Source of the DNA: a virus
Taxonomy: Duplodnaviria; Caudoviricetes
IMG/VR virus record: IMGVR_UViG_3300023214_000502
Coordinates: 1-26,025 of that record
DNA: 26,025 bases
Strand: one strand, 5' to 3'
Program-made: the position numbers and the translations under genes
Notes under the pieces: model-generated
What the model was told of the DNA's origin: nothing
Databases searched by the model: none
The model's input: only the letters and a program-made list of their open reading frames with translations
Shown: piece by piece, positions 16,081 to 25,174 of the stretch
Layout: every line of letters begins with the position of its first letter
How positions within the stretch are numbered: position 1 is the stretch's first letter

Positions 16081-18953
16081 TGAAGCGTAGAATTTTATTT
16101 TGTGGCGAGGCATCTTTCCTGAGCACGGGTTTTGCAACCTTCAATCGGGAGGTGCTTCGTCGCCTACATACTACTGGAAGATACGAATTGGCCGAAATGG
16201 CGTCGTTTGTTTCGCAAAATGACCCACGAGCTAAGAATATTCCGTGGGGGTTCTACGGTGTGTCGCCAAGTAATCAGCAGGAAAAACAAGCTTTTGACGC
16301 CTTGCCTGAAAACGAAAAGGCGGTTTATCAGTTTGGTAAGCACAAAATCAATGCAGTTCTGGCCGATTTTCAGCCAGACGTAGTTTTTGATTGCGTGCCA
16401 CCTGGAGAACTCGTATACACTCGACATGGGTATAGGCCAATCGAAGATATAGCTGCTGGCGATTTAGTTATGACTCATAAGGGTAGGTTTAGACCAGTAA
16501 AATCTGCATGGTCCCGAAGCCATAATGGTCAACTTGTTAAAATCTCCGTAAATGGAAACAGAGACACATTGAGGGTTACGCCGAATCATCCCGTTTTGGT
16601 TTTTCAAAAGCGCAACCAAACAAATAGAAAAAAATCTTATAAGAAAATTTATAAAGATGTAAAACCAGAGTTTGTTAAGGCAAAGGATTTAAAGAAAGGG
16701 GACCTGGTCGTTCTTCCAAAGTTTAATGGGGAAAGAAAAAAAAACACAATAGACATTACAGACTATGTAGAAAATTATACTTTAGTTGGTGAAGATAAGC
16801 TACGCCCACAATCGCATGGCAATCTAATTAATAGATATATTGATGTGGACGAGAAGTTTGCTCGCCTTATTGGGTATATTTTGGGTGATGGCTATATTAA
16901 TTATCCTGGTATCCAAATTACTTTTGGAGAAAATGAATCTAATTTAATAGACGATGCGCAAGTGCTCATTGAAGATATTTTTGGACTACGGGCTAATGTT
17001 AGACCATATGTAGATAAAGCTGCTAAAGACATATATGCGCATTCTGTAGTAATTAGAGAATTCTTGGATAATTATTTGAAAGATTTACACGTTCCAGAGC
17101 ATTTCTATGTCGCTGAAGATTCTATTATTTCCAACTTAATAAGTGGAATGGTTCGTTCTGATGGGTGCTACAAAAAAAGAACTGTCTCTTTTGCCAATAC
17201 AGCCCCTCATCTTATCTATGAATATAGAGCGTTGTGCACTACGATTGGTGTGCCAACAAATATAACATATTCTTTGAGAGAAAAGGAAACGCATAAAACA
17301 GCATACGAGGTGTCTACATACGGCAGTGCGTGTGAAGATTTACATAGAATTGTAGATAAATCTAATTATGATTTTAAGAATGCAACGAATCCAGTTTGCA
17401 GTTCAAGGCGAACGCAAATAGTAAATGGATTTTTAACATCATCAATAACTAGTATTGAAATTAAGCCATATGATGGTTTGGTTTACAATTTTGAAGTAGA
17501 AGAGGATAATAGCTATTGTGTAAAGTCTTGGACTACTCATAACTGTAGAGACCCATGGATGCTCGCGCACCTTACGAATTCTCGCTATAGGAACTACTAT
17601 AAGCTTGTGTTAACCCCGACTGTTGACTCTGCGCCGTCAAAGCGCGAGTGGATTGATAAAATCTATAGAAATGCTGATGTTCTTACAGCTTATAGTCGCT
17701 TTGGGAAAAAAGTTCTTGAAAAAGATGGGCTTGATGTCGGTGCTGTTACGTCTCCAGGTTGCGACTTGAGTGTTTTTAAGCCGCTTGATAAAGACGAAAT
17801 AAGAGATAAGTTTCATCTTAATAAATCCCTAATGGTTTTTGGCACAGTGATGCGCAATCAGCGCCGCAAGCTTTTCCCAGATTTATTTGAGGCTTATGCG
17901 AGGATGCGTAACAAATATGCGCCGCGCAGTAAAATTGAGCGAATCAAAAAGAGATTGAACAGTGGTAAGTCTCTAACGAAATCAGAAAAAGATGCGTTAA
18001 AGATTCACCATAGTGTCTTGTTGTGTCATACAAGTTGGCCAGATAACGCTGGCTGGGACCTTCCAGATTATATCTTTAATCGTTTCAATATCCAGAGACA
18101 CGTTCTTTTCACCTATAAGTGTAACAATTGTCAGGACGTATATGTAAGTTGGTTTATACCAACAGACCAGCGTGGATATTGTGTTTGTCGTAGCTGTGGC
18201 GAGAAGGCCGCGCACATGCCATCAACGCATGATGGTATTGATGAAGACAAGCTTGTAGAGATATTCAACTTAATAGATGTGTATATCCAGCCGGCAATTT
18301 GTGAGGGCTGGGGTCTACCAATTATGGAAGCCAAGGCGTGCGGGGTTCCCGGTTTATATCAGAATTATTCAGCCATGGAGGACCACGTAGAAAATGGCGG
18401 CGGTTTGCCAATTAAGATAGAAAGGTTTTATCACGAAGCAGAAACTGCTGCTCGTCGTTCGCTTCCAGACCTTGATGATATGGTGAATAAGATGCGTAAA
18501 CTGGCGCTTAATGACAAGCTTCGCGCATCCCTTGGTAGAGAGGCCAGAGAGACGTGTGAGCGTATGCACACTTGGGAAATTACGGCGAAGCAATATGAGA
18601 ATATTTTTGATTCAGTAGAGCTTCATGACAGAACTCAAACGTGGGATGCTCCACCTAGAATTGAGATTATGAGTAATGAGCGTCCGCCAGCAAATATCGA
18701 TAATAGAAATTTTGTGATTTGGCTATATGTTAATATTCTTAGACGTCAACCAGATGAAAAGGGGTTTAACGACTGGATGGTCTCTCTTTTAAATGGAACC
18801 TCTAGGGCTGAAGTTGAGAATTTTTTCCGTCAACAAATCCTTTTAGAGAATAAGTTTGAAGAAACTCGCTGGATAAAATCATTGAAGCGACGCGGCATAC
18901 AGCCACCACAAAGGACAATAGTTAACACTGGTGCGCCAGGAGTCCTCATATGA
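16080..18953 (+). CDS. GT4 (GT-B) glycosyltransferase with intein, Cys4 insert and DUF4214-like C-terminal domain
   Basis: RILFCGEASFLSTGF, RNQRRK, DVYIQPAICEGWGLPIMEAKACGVP (E-x7-E); 573 aa after splicing. Confidence 0.88.
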   Translation: MKRRILFCGEASFLSTGFATFNREVLRRLHTTGRYELAEMASFVSQNDPRAKNIPWGFYGVSPSNQQEKQAFDALPENEKAVYQFGKHKINAVLADFQPDVVFDCVPPGELVYTRHGYRPIEDIAAGDLVMTHKGRFRPVKSAWSRSHNGQLVKISVNGNRDTLRVTPNHPVLVFQKRNQTNRKKSYKKIYKDVKPEFVKAKDLKKGDLVVLPKFNGERKKNTIDITDYVENYTLVGEDKLRPQSHGNLINRYIDVDEKFARLIGYILGDGYINYPGIQITFGENESNLIDDAQVLIEDIFGLRANVRPYVDKAAKDIYAHSVVIREFLDNYLKDLHVPEHFYVAEDSIISNLISGMVRSDGCYKKRTVSFANTAPHLIYEYRALCTTIGVPTNITYSLREKETHKTAYEVSTYGSACEDLHRIVDKSNYDFKNATNPVCSSRRTQIVNGFLTSSITSIEIKPYDGLVYNFEVEEDNSYCVKSWTTHNCRDPWMLAHLTNSRYRNYYKLVLTPTVDSAPSKREWIDKIYRNADVLTAYSRFGKKVLEKDGLDVGAVTSPGCDLSVFKPLDKDEIRDKFHLNKSLMVFGTVMRNQRRKLFPDLFEAYARMRNKYAPRSKIERIKKRLNSGKSLTKSEKDALKIHHSVLLCHTSWPDNAGWDLPDYIFNRFNIQRHVLFTYKCNNCQDVYVSWFIPTDQRGYCVCRSCGEKAAHMPSTHDGIDEDKLVEIFNLIDVYIQPAICEGWGLPIMEAKACGVPGLYQNYSAMEDHVENGGGLPIKIERFYHEAETAARRSLPDLDDMVNKMRKLALNDKLRASLGREARETCERMHTWEITAKQYENIFDSVELHDRTQTWDAPPRIEIMSNERPPANIDNRNFVIWLYVNILRRQPDEKGFNDWMVSLLNGTSRAEVENFFRQQILLENKFEETRWIKSLKRRGIQPPQRTIVNTGAPGVLI
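16392..17543 (+). mobile_element. 384-aa intein with LAGLIDADG endonuclease in the GT4
   Basis: DVVFD|CVPPGELV...VTPNHPV...IGYILGDG...GMVRSDG...VYNFEVEEDNSY...THN|CRDPWM. Confidence 0.93.
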
Positions 18954-20107
18954 GGCCGCTTGGGTCAAGCGTGAAGATTCTATATGTGGCTCCGCTCAGA
19001 GATTTTAGCGGATATGCTAGTGCGTCCCGCGATTACGTTAGGGCTTTAGATTCAATTGGGGCTCATGTCACAACTAGAGATTTAATCTATGACGGTGGAA
19101 ATTATGAGCGAGATAGGCGCGAATCTGAGTTGGCTAATAGGGCGATTGACAATGTAGAGATACTCATACAGCAAACAACACCAAATGAAATGGAACCGAT
19201 GCCTGGCGTTTTTAATGTTGGCGCATTCTGCTGGGAAACAGACACGATTCCTCAGTTGTGGGTGCAGCAGCTTAATAAAATGCAACTTGTGATTGTTCCT
19301 ACTAAGGAAAACGCAGAGGTTGCTCGGCGTTGCGGAGTTATTACTCCAGTGGAACAAATTCCATATGCTTGCGATGTCAAAAAATATAAGAATAAAGTAG
19401 ACTCATATCGCTTTTCGCAAATAGACAATAGGTTTAAGTTTTTGGCTATTTGTCAGTATAGCAAGAAAAAGGGTCTAGACCCGCTACTAAAGGCTTACCT
19501 AAGTGAATTCAATCAAGATGAAAATGTTGCGCTAATTCTGAAAACATATTTTAGCCCAAATGATGGTGAAGCTGAGCGCGATAAGATGATGGAGATTGTA
19601 AACATTATCAAACACGCAATGCGTCTTAAGAGCTACCCCCCAATTCAATTAATTCATGGAGTGTCGAGTTTCGAAGAAATCGAAAGACTCTACGAAACCG
19701 CAGATTGCTACGTCCTTCCATCAAGAGGCGAAGGGTGGGGCGTGCCGCATTTTGATGCACTTGGCTATGGCCTCCCAGCGATAGCTACACAGGGAACTGG
19801 GCCGCTAGAGTTTATTACACCAGAGTGTGGTTGGCTTGTGGATTCTCACATGAGTCCAGTTGTAGATATGCCGCATCCACATGATTTCCTCTATACAGCG
19901 AAGGAGAAGTGGCACGAGCCACATGTGTGCGATATTCAACGGTGCATGAGGGATGCTTTCAACACCTACACTCATAGACAAGAAGAATGGGAGAATAAGT
20001 GTGTTGCGGCAAAAACGCGTGTGTTAGATTTCTCACATGAAAAAGTTGGGGCTACACTAATAGCCGCCATAGATAAATACTACAGGATGTGGAAAGATGT
20101 TTCTTAA
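18950..20107 (+). CDS. GT4 glycosyltransferase
   Basis: FSGYASASR, FCWETD, KKGLDPLLKAY..EF, DCYVLPSRGEGWGVPHFDALGYGLP. Confidence 0.88.
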   Translation: MRPLGSSVKILYVAPLRDFSGYASASRDYVRALDSIGAHVTTRDLIYDGGNYERDRRESELANRAIDNVEILIQQTTPNEMEPMPGVFNVGAFCWETDTIPQLWVQQLNKMQLVIVPTKENAEVARRCGVITPVEQIPYACDVKKYKNKVDSYRFSQIDNRFKFLAICQYSKKKGLDPLLKAYLSEFNQDENVALILKTYFSPNDGEAERDKMMEIVNIIKHAMRLKSYPPIQLIHGVSSFEEIERLYETADCYVLPSRGEGWGVPHFDALGYGLPAIATQGTGPLEFITPECGWLVDSHMSPVVDMPHPHDFLYTAKEKWHEPHVCDIQRCMRDAFNTYTHRQEEWENKCVAAKTRVLDFSHEKVGATLIAAIDKYYRMWKDVS

Positions 20108-21179
20108 TTTAGTCGCACCAATCAATCAACTTGGATATGGAAATGTCGGCTTTAATGTTCTAAAGACTCTTGCTGACGAGGGCCACATGGTTGCATATTT
20201 TCCAATTGGTCAACCGCAATGGGAGGCTCCTGTAGATTTTGCTCAGCGAGCCCTTGAGGCCGCAAAAACATTTCCACCAGATGCGCCATCAATTAGAATT
20301 TGGCACCAAAACGATATGGCTATGATGCCAGGTAGGGGTAAGCGCATCGGCTGGCCTATCTTTGAGCTAAATAGATTCGATATGCAAGAAGAGCATCATT
20401 TACGCTCTTGCGACGAATTGTTTGTTTGTTCAGAATGGGCTAAGGAAATTCTTAAAGCTGAGGGTTTCGACATGCCAATTCATGTTGTACCCCTTGGCGT
20501 GGACTCAAGCGTCTTTCACGTAGATGAGGAGGCTGCTGCTCAGCGCTCGTATTGGACGCGCGATAAGACGGTCTTTTTAAATATCGGGAAATGGGAAGTG
20601 CGCAAGGGACACAACGAATTACTAGAGGCATTCTGTAAAGCATTTAAGCCAAATGACCCCGTTGAACTCTGGATGATTAACCAGAATGATTTTATTGGGT
20701 TGCAAAACGAGCAGTGGAAGCTTAAGTACATTTCGTCCCCAATGGGGCAAAATATCAAGATTCGCCCAAGGGTAAATACTCAGGCTGAGTTAAAACAAAT
20801 CTATAACCAGGTCGATTTGGGCGTCTTCCCAGCCCATGCAGAAGGATGGAACTTGGAGGTTCTAGAATTGATGGCTTGCGGTAAACCGTCAATTGTTACT
20901 AACTACTCTGGGCATACTGAATTCTGCAATGAAAAAAATTCTTTCCTAGTAGAACCGAATGGAATGGAGAGCGCTCAGGATGGTATCTGGTTTAAGGGTC
21001 AAGGCGAGTGGTGTACATTCGATGTTGACGAGCTTGCTAAAGCCATGGTTGAAGCACATACTGCGCGTCAACAAATAGATGAAACCGAAGTGTATGCTTT
21101 GAAGTCACAGGCTGCTCTTAATACCGCCGGCAAGTTCTCTTGGAAAAATACTGTAGAAAAGATTGAGTGTGTTTTATGA
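20097..21179 (+). CDS. GT4 glycosyltransferase
   Basis: APINQLGYG, VVPLGVD, IGKWEVRKG, GVFPAHAEGWNLEVLELMACGKP. Confidence 0.88.
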   Translation: MFLNLVAPINQLGYGNVGFNVLKTLADEGHMVAYFPIGQPQWEAPVDFAQRALEAAKTFPPDAPSIRIWHQNDMAMMPGRGKRIGWPIFELNRFDMQEEHHLRSCDELFVCSEWAKEILKAEGFDMPIHVVPLGVDSSVFHVDEEAAAQRSYWTRDKTVFLNIGKWEVRKGHNELLEAFCKAFKPNDPVELWMINQNDFIGLQNEQWKLKYISSPMGQNIKIRPRVNTQAELKQIYNQVDLGVFPAHAEGWNLEVLELMACGKPSIVTNYSGHTEFCNEKNSFLVEPNGMESAQDGIWFKGQGEWCTFDVDELAKAMVEAHTARQQIDETEVYALKSQAALNTAGKFSWKNTVEKIECVL

Positions 21180-21337
21180 TAGCTAAAATTACATATATGG
21201 ATAAAACAGTAGAGGAAGTTGAGTTTGAAAATAGTAGAGTTTATGATGGTATTATTGCACTTACAACAGAAAAACTTTCAACAAATATCCCACTTCATAA
21301 TATTTTTAAGGTTGAGGTGGAGCTAGACAGTGAATAA
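21176..21337 (+). CDS. 53-aa hypothetical beta-rich protein
   Basis: Not in the track. MIAKITYMDKTVEEVEFENSRVYDGIIALTTEKLSTNIPLHNIFKVEVELDSE; overlaps both flanking genes. Confidence 0.6.
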   Translation: MIAKITYMDKTVEEVEFENSRVYDGIIALTTEKLSTNIPLHNIFKVEVELDSE

Positions 21338-23732
21338 GCAAATAGTTGGGGTTTTAGATGAATTCCAATTTACTAATAGGCCAATTAAGTTGGTTAAGTG
21401 CTTAGCCGCCCACAACGAAGAGGAGTGGATTGAATATAATCTAAGGAATTGCTATGACGAATTTGACATCATTAGGGTTGTGGAGGGAGCCGTCGAAGGA
21501 AGACCTGGAAGCACTCCTGATGGGCATTCCACTGATAAAACCCGCGAGATTATTCGTGAATTTCCTGACCCAGATGGAAAGGTTGAATTCTATCAAATTG
21601 AGCGCCCATTCAAATCTCTTGAAGAACAAAAACAGGTATTTCTTGACGTCGCCAGCGAAGGCGAGTGGCTGTTCATCGTAGACTGTCTGACTGGCGACAG
21701 GTGCGTTCCTGTTCAAATAGATGGTAAGACACGGGTTATTACTCTTGAGGAGCTTTTTGAATTCTATAAAGACAGTAAATCTTACTGGCAATATAGGTCT
21801 ATTGGTGGACAAGAAGTTCTGTCTGTGTCTAACTTAAAAACTCTCTCCGTCTGCCGCGTCAATTATCCAGAACATAAACTTGAAAAAGAAAACCGAGGGA
21901 AGATTAAGCTTTCTGGCTACTTTAGGTCGAAGTTAACGAAGAGGCAACTAGCTGTATTGGACCTTTATGAGTCTGATGAACTAAAGTTAAATCAAGAATA
22001 TAATTCTGTTATTCGTAGTCTTCGCAAAAAACTTAGCGAGGTGCGTGAAGTAGTGCTTGAATGGAAGAAGGTTTCTAGGCTTACGAGGAGACTTACAGAC
22101 AAGGAAATCGTTCTAACCCGCAGTAAGCATGGCGAGACAAGGACGACTGGAGACCATAAGTTGGCCTGTAAAGTTGACGGTCAGGAGGTTTTGTATACGA
22201 AGGCAAAGTTTTTTAATAAGACCTCTAGTCAAGACTTGCTTCAGGCATCGAGCGTGACTCAAGATGTTATAGGGGAAATAAAACTGTCCGATTGGATTGA
22301 TATTAATAAACTAGGGATGTTTATTGGTAATGACGACCCACATAGTAATGACCTTCGATTGCATTACAACTCTCCAAGAAAAGACCAACGAAAGTTTTGT
22401 TTCCAAGACCTATATTTTGGTCCAGATATCGAAGACTTGTGTTGGTTACTTGGGCATTATGCTGCCGAAGGGTCTGTAGATAAGACAATGGCAAACTTTA
22501 GAGTTTGTGGTAGTAAACACGACGTGGATAGGTGTGAGAAAATCCTTAAAGGGTTTGGGGACTTTAGGTCACATCGAGGCGTGACAGAAAAGCACACAGG
22601 AACCGAAGTTCACTACTTGGCGATTACATCATCGGTTGTTATTCAAATTTTTGCAGAGCTTTTTGGTCTTGGCGCACGCAATAAGCAAATTCCGAGTTTT
22701 GTTTTTCATCTAGATAAGCATTCTAAGGAAGCTTTTCTTGATGGATACAATACTGGCGACGGACACGCCATTGAGCTTAGTAATTCTACCAAACAAATTG
22801 CGACGACCATATCACCTAAGCTACTAGGGGGCATATGCCTACTTAACAAATATCTTGGGAAAGACCTATCCCTAACCTACAGGGAACCCGACCAATTTTA
22901 TGATAACCACAGTAGAAATGGAACGACATACTCTTGTTATCAAGATGTAACAAGAAGAAGAAACTCCAAGAGTGTGGTTCAAGTAAATCAAGGCAAAACC
23001 AAGGAGTGGGTGTACGACCTTATTGTTCCAGAGACTCACAATTTCTGTGATGCTGCGGGTATGATTGTTGTGCATAACTGCGACGAGTTCTACATGGAGG
23101 GCTCAATAGAGCGTCTTAGGCGCTGTATTCGTGCTCGTCCAAATGCATCTGAATTTATTCCAACTTTTCTTCATTTCTATAGGGACTTCTACCACATCAA
23201 AGCTGTACACCCAGAATGGAACTGTTGGCATCAAAGGGTAATTCGTTATCAAGATGGGCTGAGATATCATACTCACCCTGTTGCAACTGATGCAAACGGT
23301 AAGTGTACGTATTTTGATGGAGGATATCAAACAAAGAGATATTTTATTCCAGAATTGTATGTTTGGCATTACGGCCACGCAAAGGGTAAAGAATTCCATA
23401 CTATGAAGCAGGAGTTCTACAAGAGTGAACTCGAAAAGTTTAAACTTTCAGATGGAAGTAGCGCTTTTCAAAAGTTTGATGAGAAGTTTCTTGAGTTCGT
23501 AAATAATTCTGAGGACCTTAGCACTATCCTAAGCTATCCAGATGACCATCCAGAAGCTATTAAGTCACATCCTAGTTTTTCTCATAGGGAAAATTCATAT
23601 AAAGGTGTTGATTTTAAGTATTGGCGCGAAGCCCCGTTTTACAACGAACGAGAACTGCCAACTATTCCACTGTTAATGCAAGGACCGTGGCGACAAGCCA
23701 TGTTGTTCTACAATGTACTGGATGTAGCATAA
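21330..23732 (+). CDS. GT2-like (GT-A) glycosyltransferase with intein
   Basis: AHNEEEWI, IRVVEG...STDKT, WLFIVD/CDEF (DxD restored on splicing), WHYGH; 335 aa after splicing. Confidence 0.85.
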   Translation: MNKQIVGVLDEFQFTNRPIKLVKCLAAHNEEEWIEYNLRNCYDEFDIIRVVEGAVEGRPGSTPDGHSTDKTREIIREFPDPDGKVEFYQIERPFKSLEEQKQVFLDVASEGEWLFIVDCLTGDRCVPVQIDGKTRVITLEELFEFYKDSKSYWQYRSIGGQEVLSVSNLKTLSVCRVNYPEHKLEKENRGKIKLSGYFRSKLTKRQLAVLDLYESDELKLNQEYNSVIRSLRKKLSEVREVVLEWKKVSRLTRRLTDKEIVLTRSKHGETRTTGDHKLACKVDGQEVLYTKAKFFNKTSSQDLLQASSVTQDVIGEIKLSDWIDINKLGMFIGNDDPHSNDLRLHYNSPRKDQRKFCFQDLYFGPDIEDLCWLLGHYAAEGSVDKTMANFRVCGSKHDVDRCEKILKGFGDFRSHRGVTEKHTGTEVHYLAITSSVVIQIFAELFGLGARNKQIPSFVFHLDKHSKEAFLDGYNTGDGHAIELSNSTKQIATTISPKLLGGICLLNKYLGKDLSLTYREPDQFYDNHSRNGTTYSCYQDVTRRRNSKSVVQVNQGKTKEWVYDLIVPETHNFCDAAGMIVVHNCDEFYMEGSIERLRRCIRARPNASEFIPTFLHFYRDFYHIKAVHPEWNCWHQRVIRYQDGLRYHTHPVATDANGKCTYFDGGYQTKRYFIPELYVWHYGHAKGKEFHTMKQEFYKSELEKFKLSDGSSAFQKFDEKFLEFVNNSEDLSTILSYPDDHPEAIKSHPSFSHRENSYKGVDFKYWREAPFYNERELPTIPLLMQGPWRQAMLFYNVLDVA
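21684..23078 (+). mobile_element. 465-aa intein with LAGLIDADG endonuclease inside the DxD motif
   Basis: FIVD|CLTGDRCV...TTGDHKL...LGHYAAEG...FLDGYNTGDG...VYDLIVPETHNF...VVHN|CDEF. Confidence 0.93.
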
Positions 23733-25174
23733 TGGAAATTAATGAAATTACCACGCCCCTGTCTCGTAAGTTTTTAAAGTTTTTAGCCAAGCTAGACCAA
23801 GGCAAGCTGTCTTCTAAGCAAAAAAGGCTAGCTAAACTGCGTGCCCGAGTTCTTGATGCAGCCAGGTGCGGCAAGAAACCCACCTATAAGGTGGACGAAA
23901 CGCCAGAATGGCGCAGGGAAATTCCTGAGTGGATGCAAGACCAGCGCAACCAAATGACTGGTCCAGCAAACGATGCGAAGCTAGTTGTTCGTATGGTTAA
24001 TTCTCACTCACCTGGAGTAATGCTTGACCTAGAAGATTCGTGTGCTAATACTCCCGGCGCCATTATGGAGGGCCACTGGACAATTAAGGAAGCGCATCGC
24101 GGAACACTCAAGTGGGGCGTTGAGGAGATTGATGCTAGTTCTCCAAGTGTTATTTGGACTCGTGTGCGCGGTTTACACATGGGGCAAAACATTATGGGAC
24201 CGAATAACAAAAGGCAGTATACTAGTGCGAGCCTATTTGATATCGCTATGCATTTTTATGACATGGAGCTTGAGGATTTTAAACACGACCCATGTATTTA
24301 TATTCCGAAGAGCGAGAACTCTCAGGAGGCAAGGTGGTGGCGCGATGCATTTGGCGCTGTTGAGCGAGCTAAGGGGTGGAAGCGCGGTACGATTAAGGCA
24401 ATGGCGCTCGTGGAATCGTATCCACTAGCTTTTGAGCTAGAAACCTTCATTTACGAACTTCAACCCTACCTGGTCGGCTTGAATCTTGGTCGTTGGGACT
24501 ACATGGCGTCGTTTATTGATTATCATTATGGGGACTTTATTTTCCCAGACAGAAATGAGATTCCAACAGATGTATCGTTTTTTCAGAATTTACGTAAACT
24601 TATTGTAGATGTGTGCAATAGACATGGTCTTTTTGCGATAGGTGGTATGACAGCGCTATATCCCAATTCTTCTTATTCTGAAGAGAAGAACGCTACTATA
24701 CTAAAGCAAACCGCTTCAGATAAGAAAAACGAAGCCAAATGTGGATTTTCTGGTGCATGGACAGGCCACCCATCTGTCAACGATATAGCTATTGAGCAGT
24801 TTCCAAAACCAAACCAAATAGGTGCTATTCCTCCTCTGGAGCAGCGAAACTTGGATATCTCGACATATAGTGATTTATTGGAATTACCGACAACACTACG
24901 TGGCACTAAAGATGCAATAAAGACGTGTATTATTTATCGTTTTGGTGTGTTAAGCGGGAAAGGTGCGTCTTTTATTGATGGATACATGGAGGATTTAGCG
25001 ACTGATAGAATATATCGAATTATAATTTCGCAAAGATTAGACCTTGGCATCCACGATACGAACGAGGTGCTGAAAATTTTTGCTGATATAGGAAGGGAGT
25101 TGGGGCAAAAATACGATAATGCATTAGAGGAAACATGGCGACTTATTGAAAAACGACAGTTTAATCCAAAATGA
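23732..25174 (+). CDS. aceB: malate synthase
   Basis: QMTGP, MLDLEDS, TRVRGLH, SLFD, IYIPKSE..EARWW, GTIKA..LVES, GLNLGRWDY, IGGM, DK.NEA..GFSGAWTGHP, YMEDLAT. ATG 23732 overlaps the GT stop (TAATG), giving 480 aa; the track start at 23621 is unlikely. Confidence 0.92.
   Translation: MEINEITTPLSRKFLKFLAKLDQGKLSSKQKRLAKLRARVLDAARCGKKPTYKVDETPEWRREIPEWMQDQRNQMTGPANDAKLVVRMVNSHSPGVMLDLEDSCANTPGAIMEGHWTIKEAHRGTLKWGVEEIDASSPSVIWTRVRGLHMGQNIMGPNNKRQYTSASLFDIAMHFYDMELEDFKHDPCIYIPKSENSQEARWWRDAFGAVERAKGWKRGTIKAMALVESYPLAFELETFIYELQPYLVGLNLGRWDYMASFIDYHYGDFIFPDRNEIPTDVSFFQNLRKLIVDVCNRHGLFAIGGMTALYPNSSYSEEKNATILKQTASDKKNEAKCGFSGAWTGHPSVNDIAIEQFPKPNQIGAIPPLEQRNLDISTYSDLLELPTTLRGTKDAIKTCIIYRFGVLSGKGASFIDGYMEDLATDRIYRIIISQRLDLGIHDTNEVLKIFADIGRELGQKYDNALEETWRLIEKRQFNPK

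Noticed and set aside
23621-23731. 37-codon N-terminal extension of malate synthase
   Set aside because: It overlaps the glycosyltransferase end; ATG 23732 in a TAATG junction fits the window's coupling pattern.
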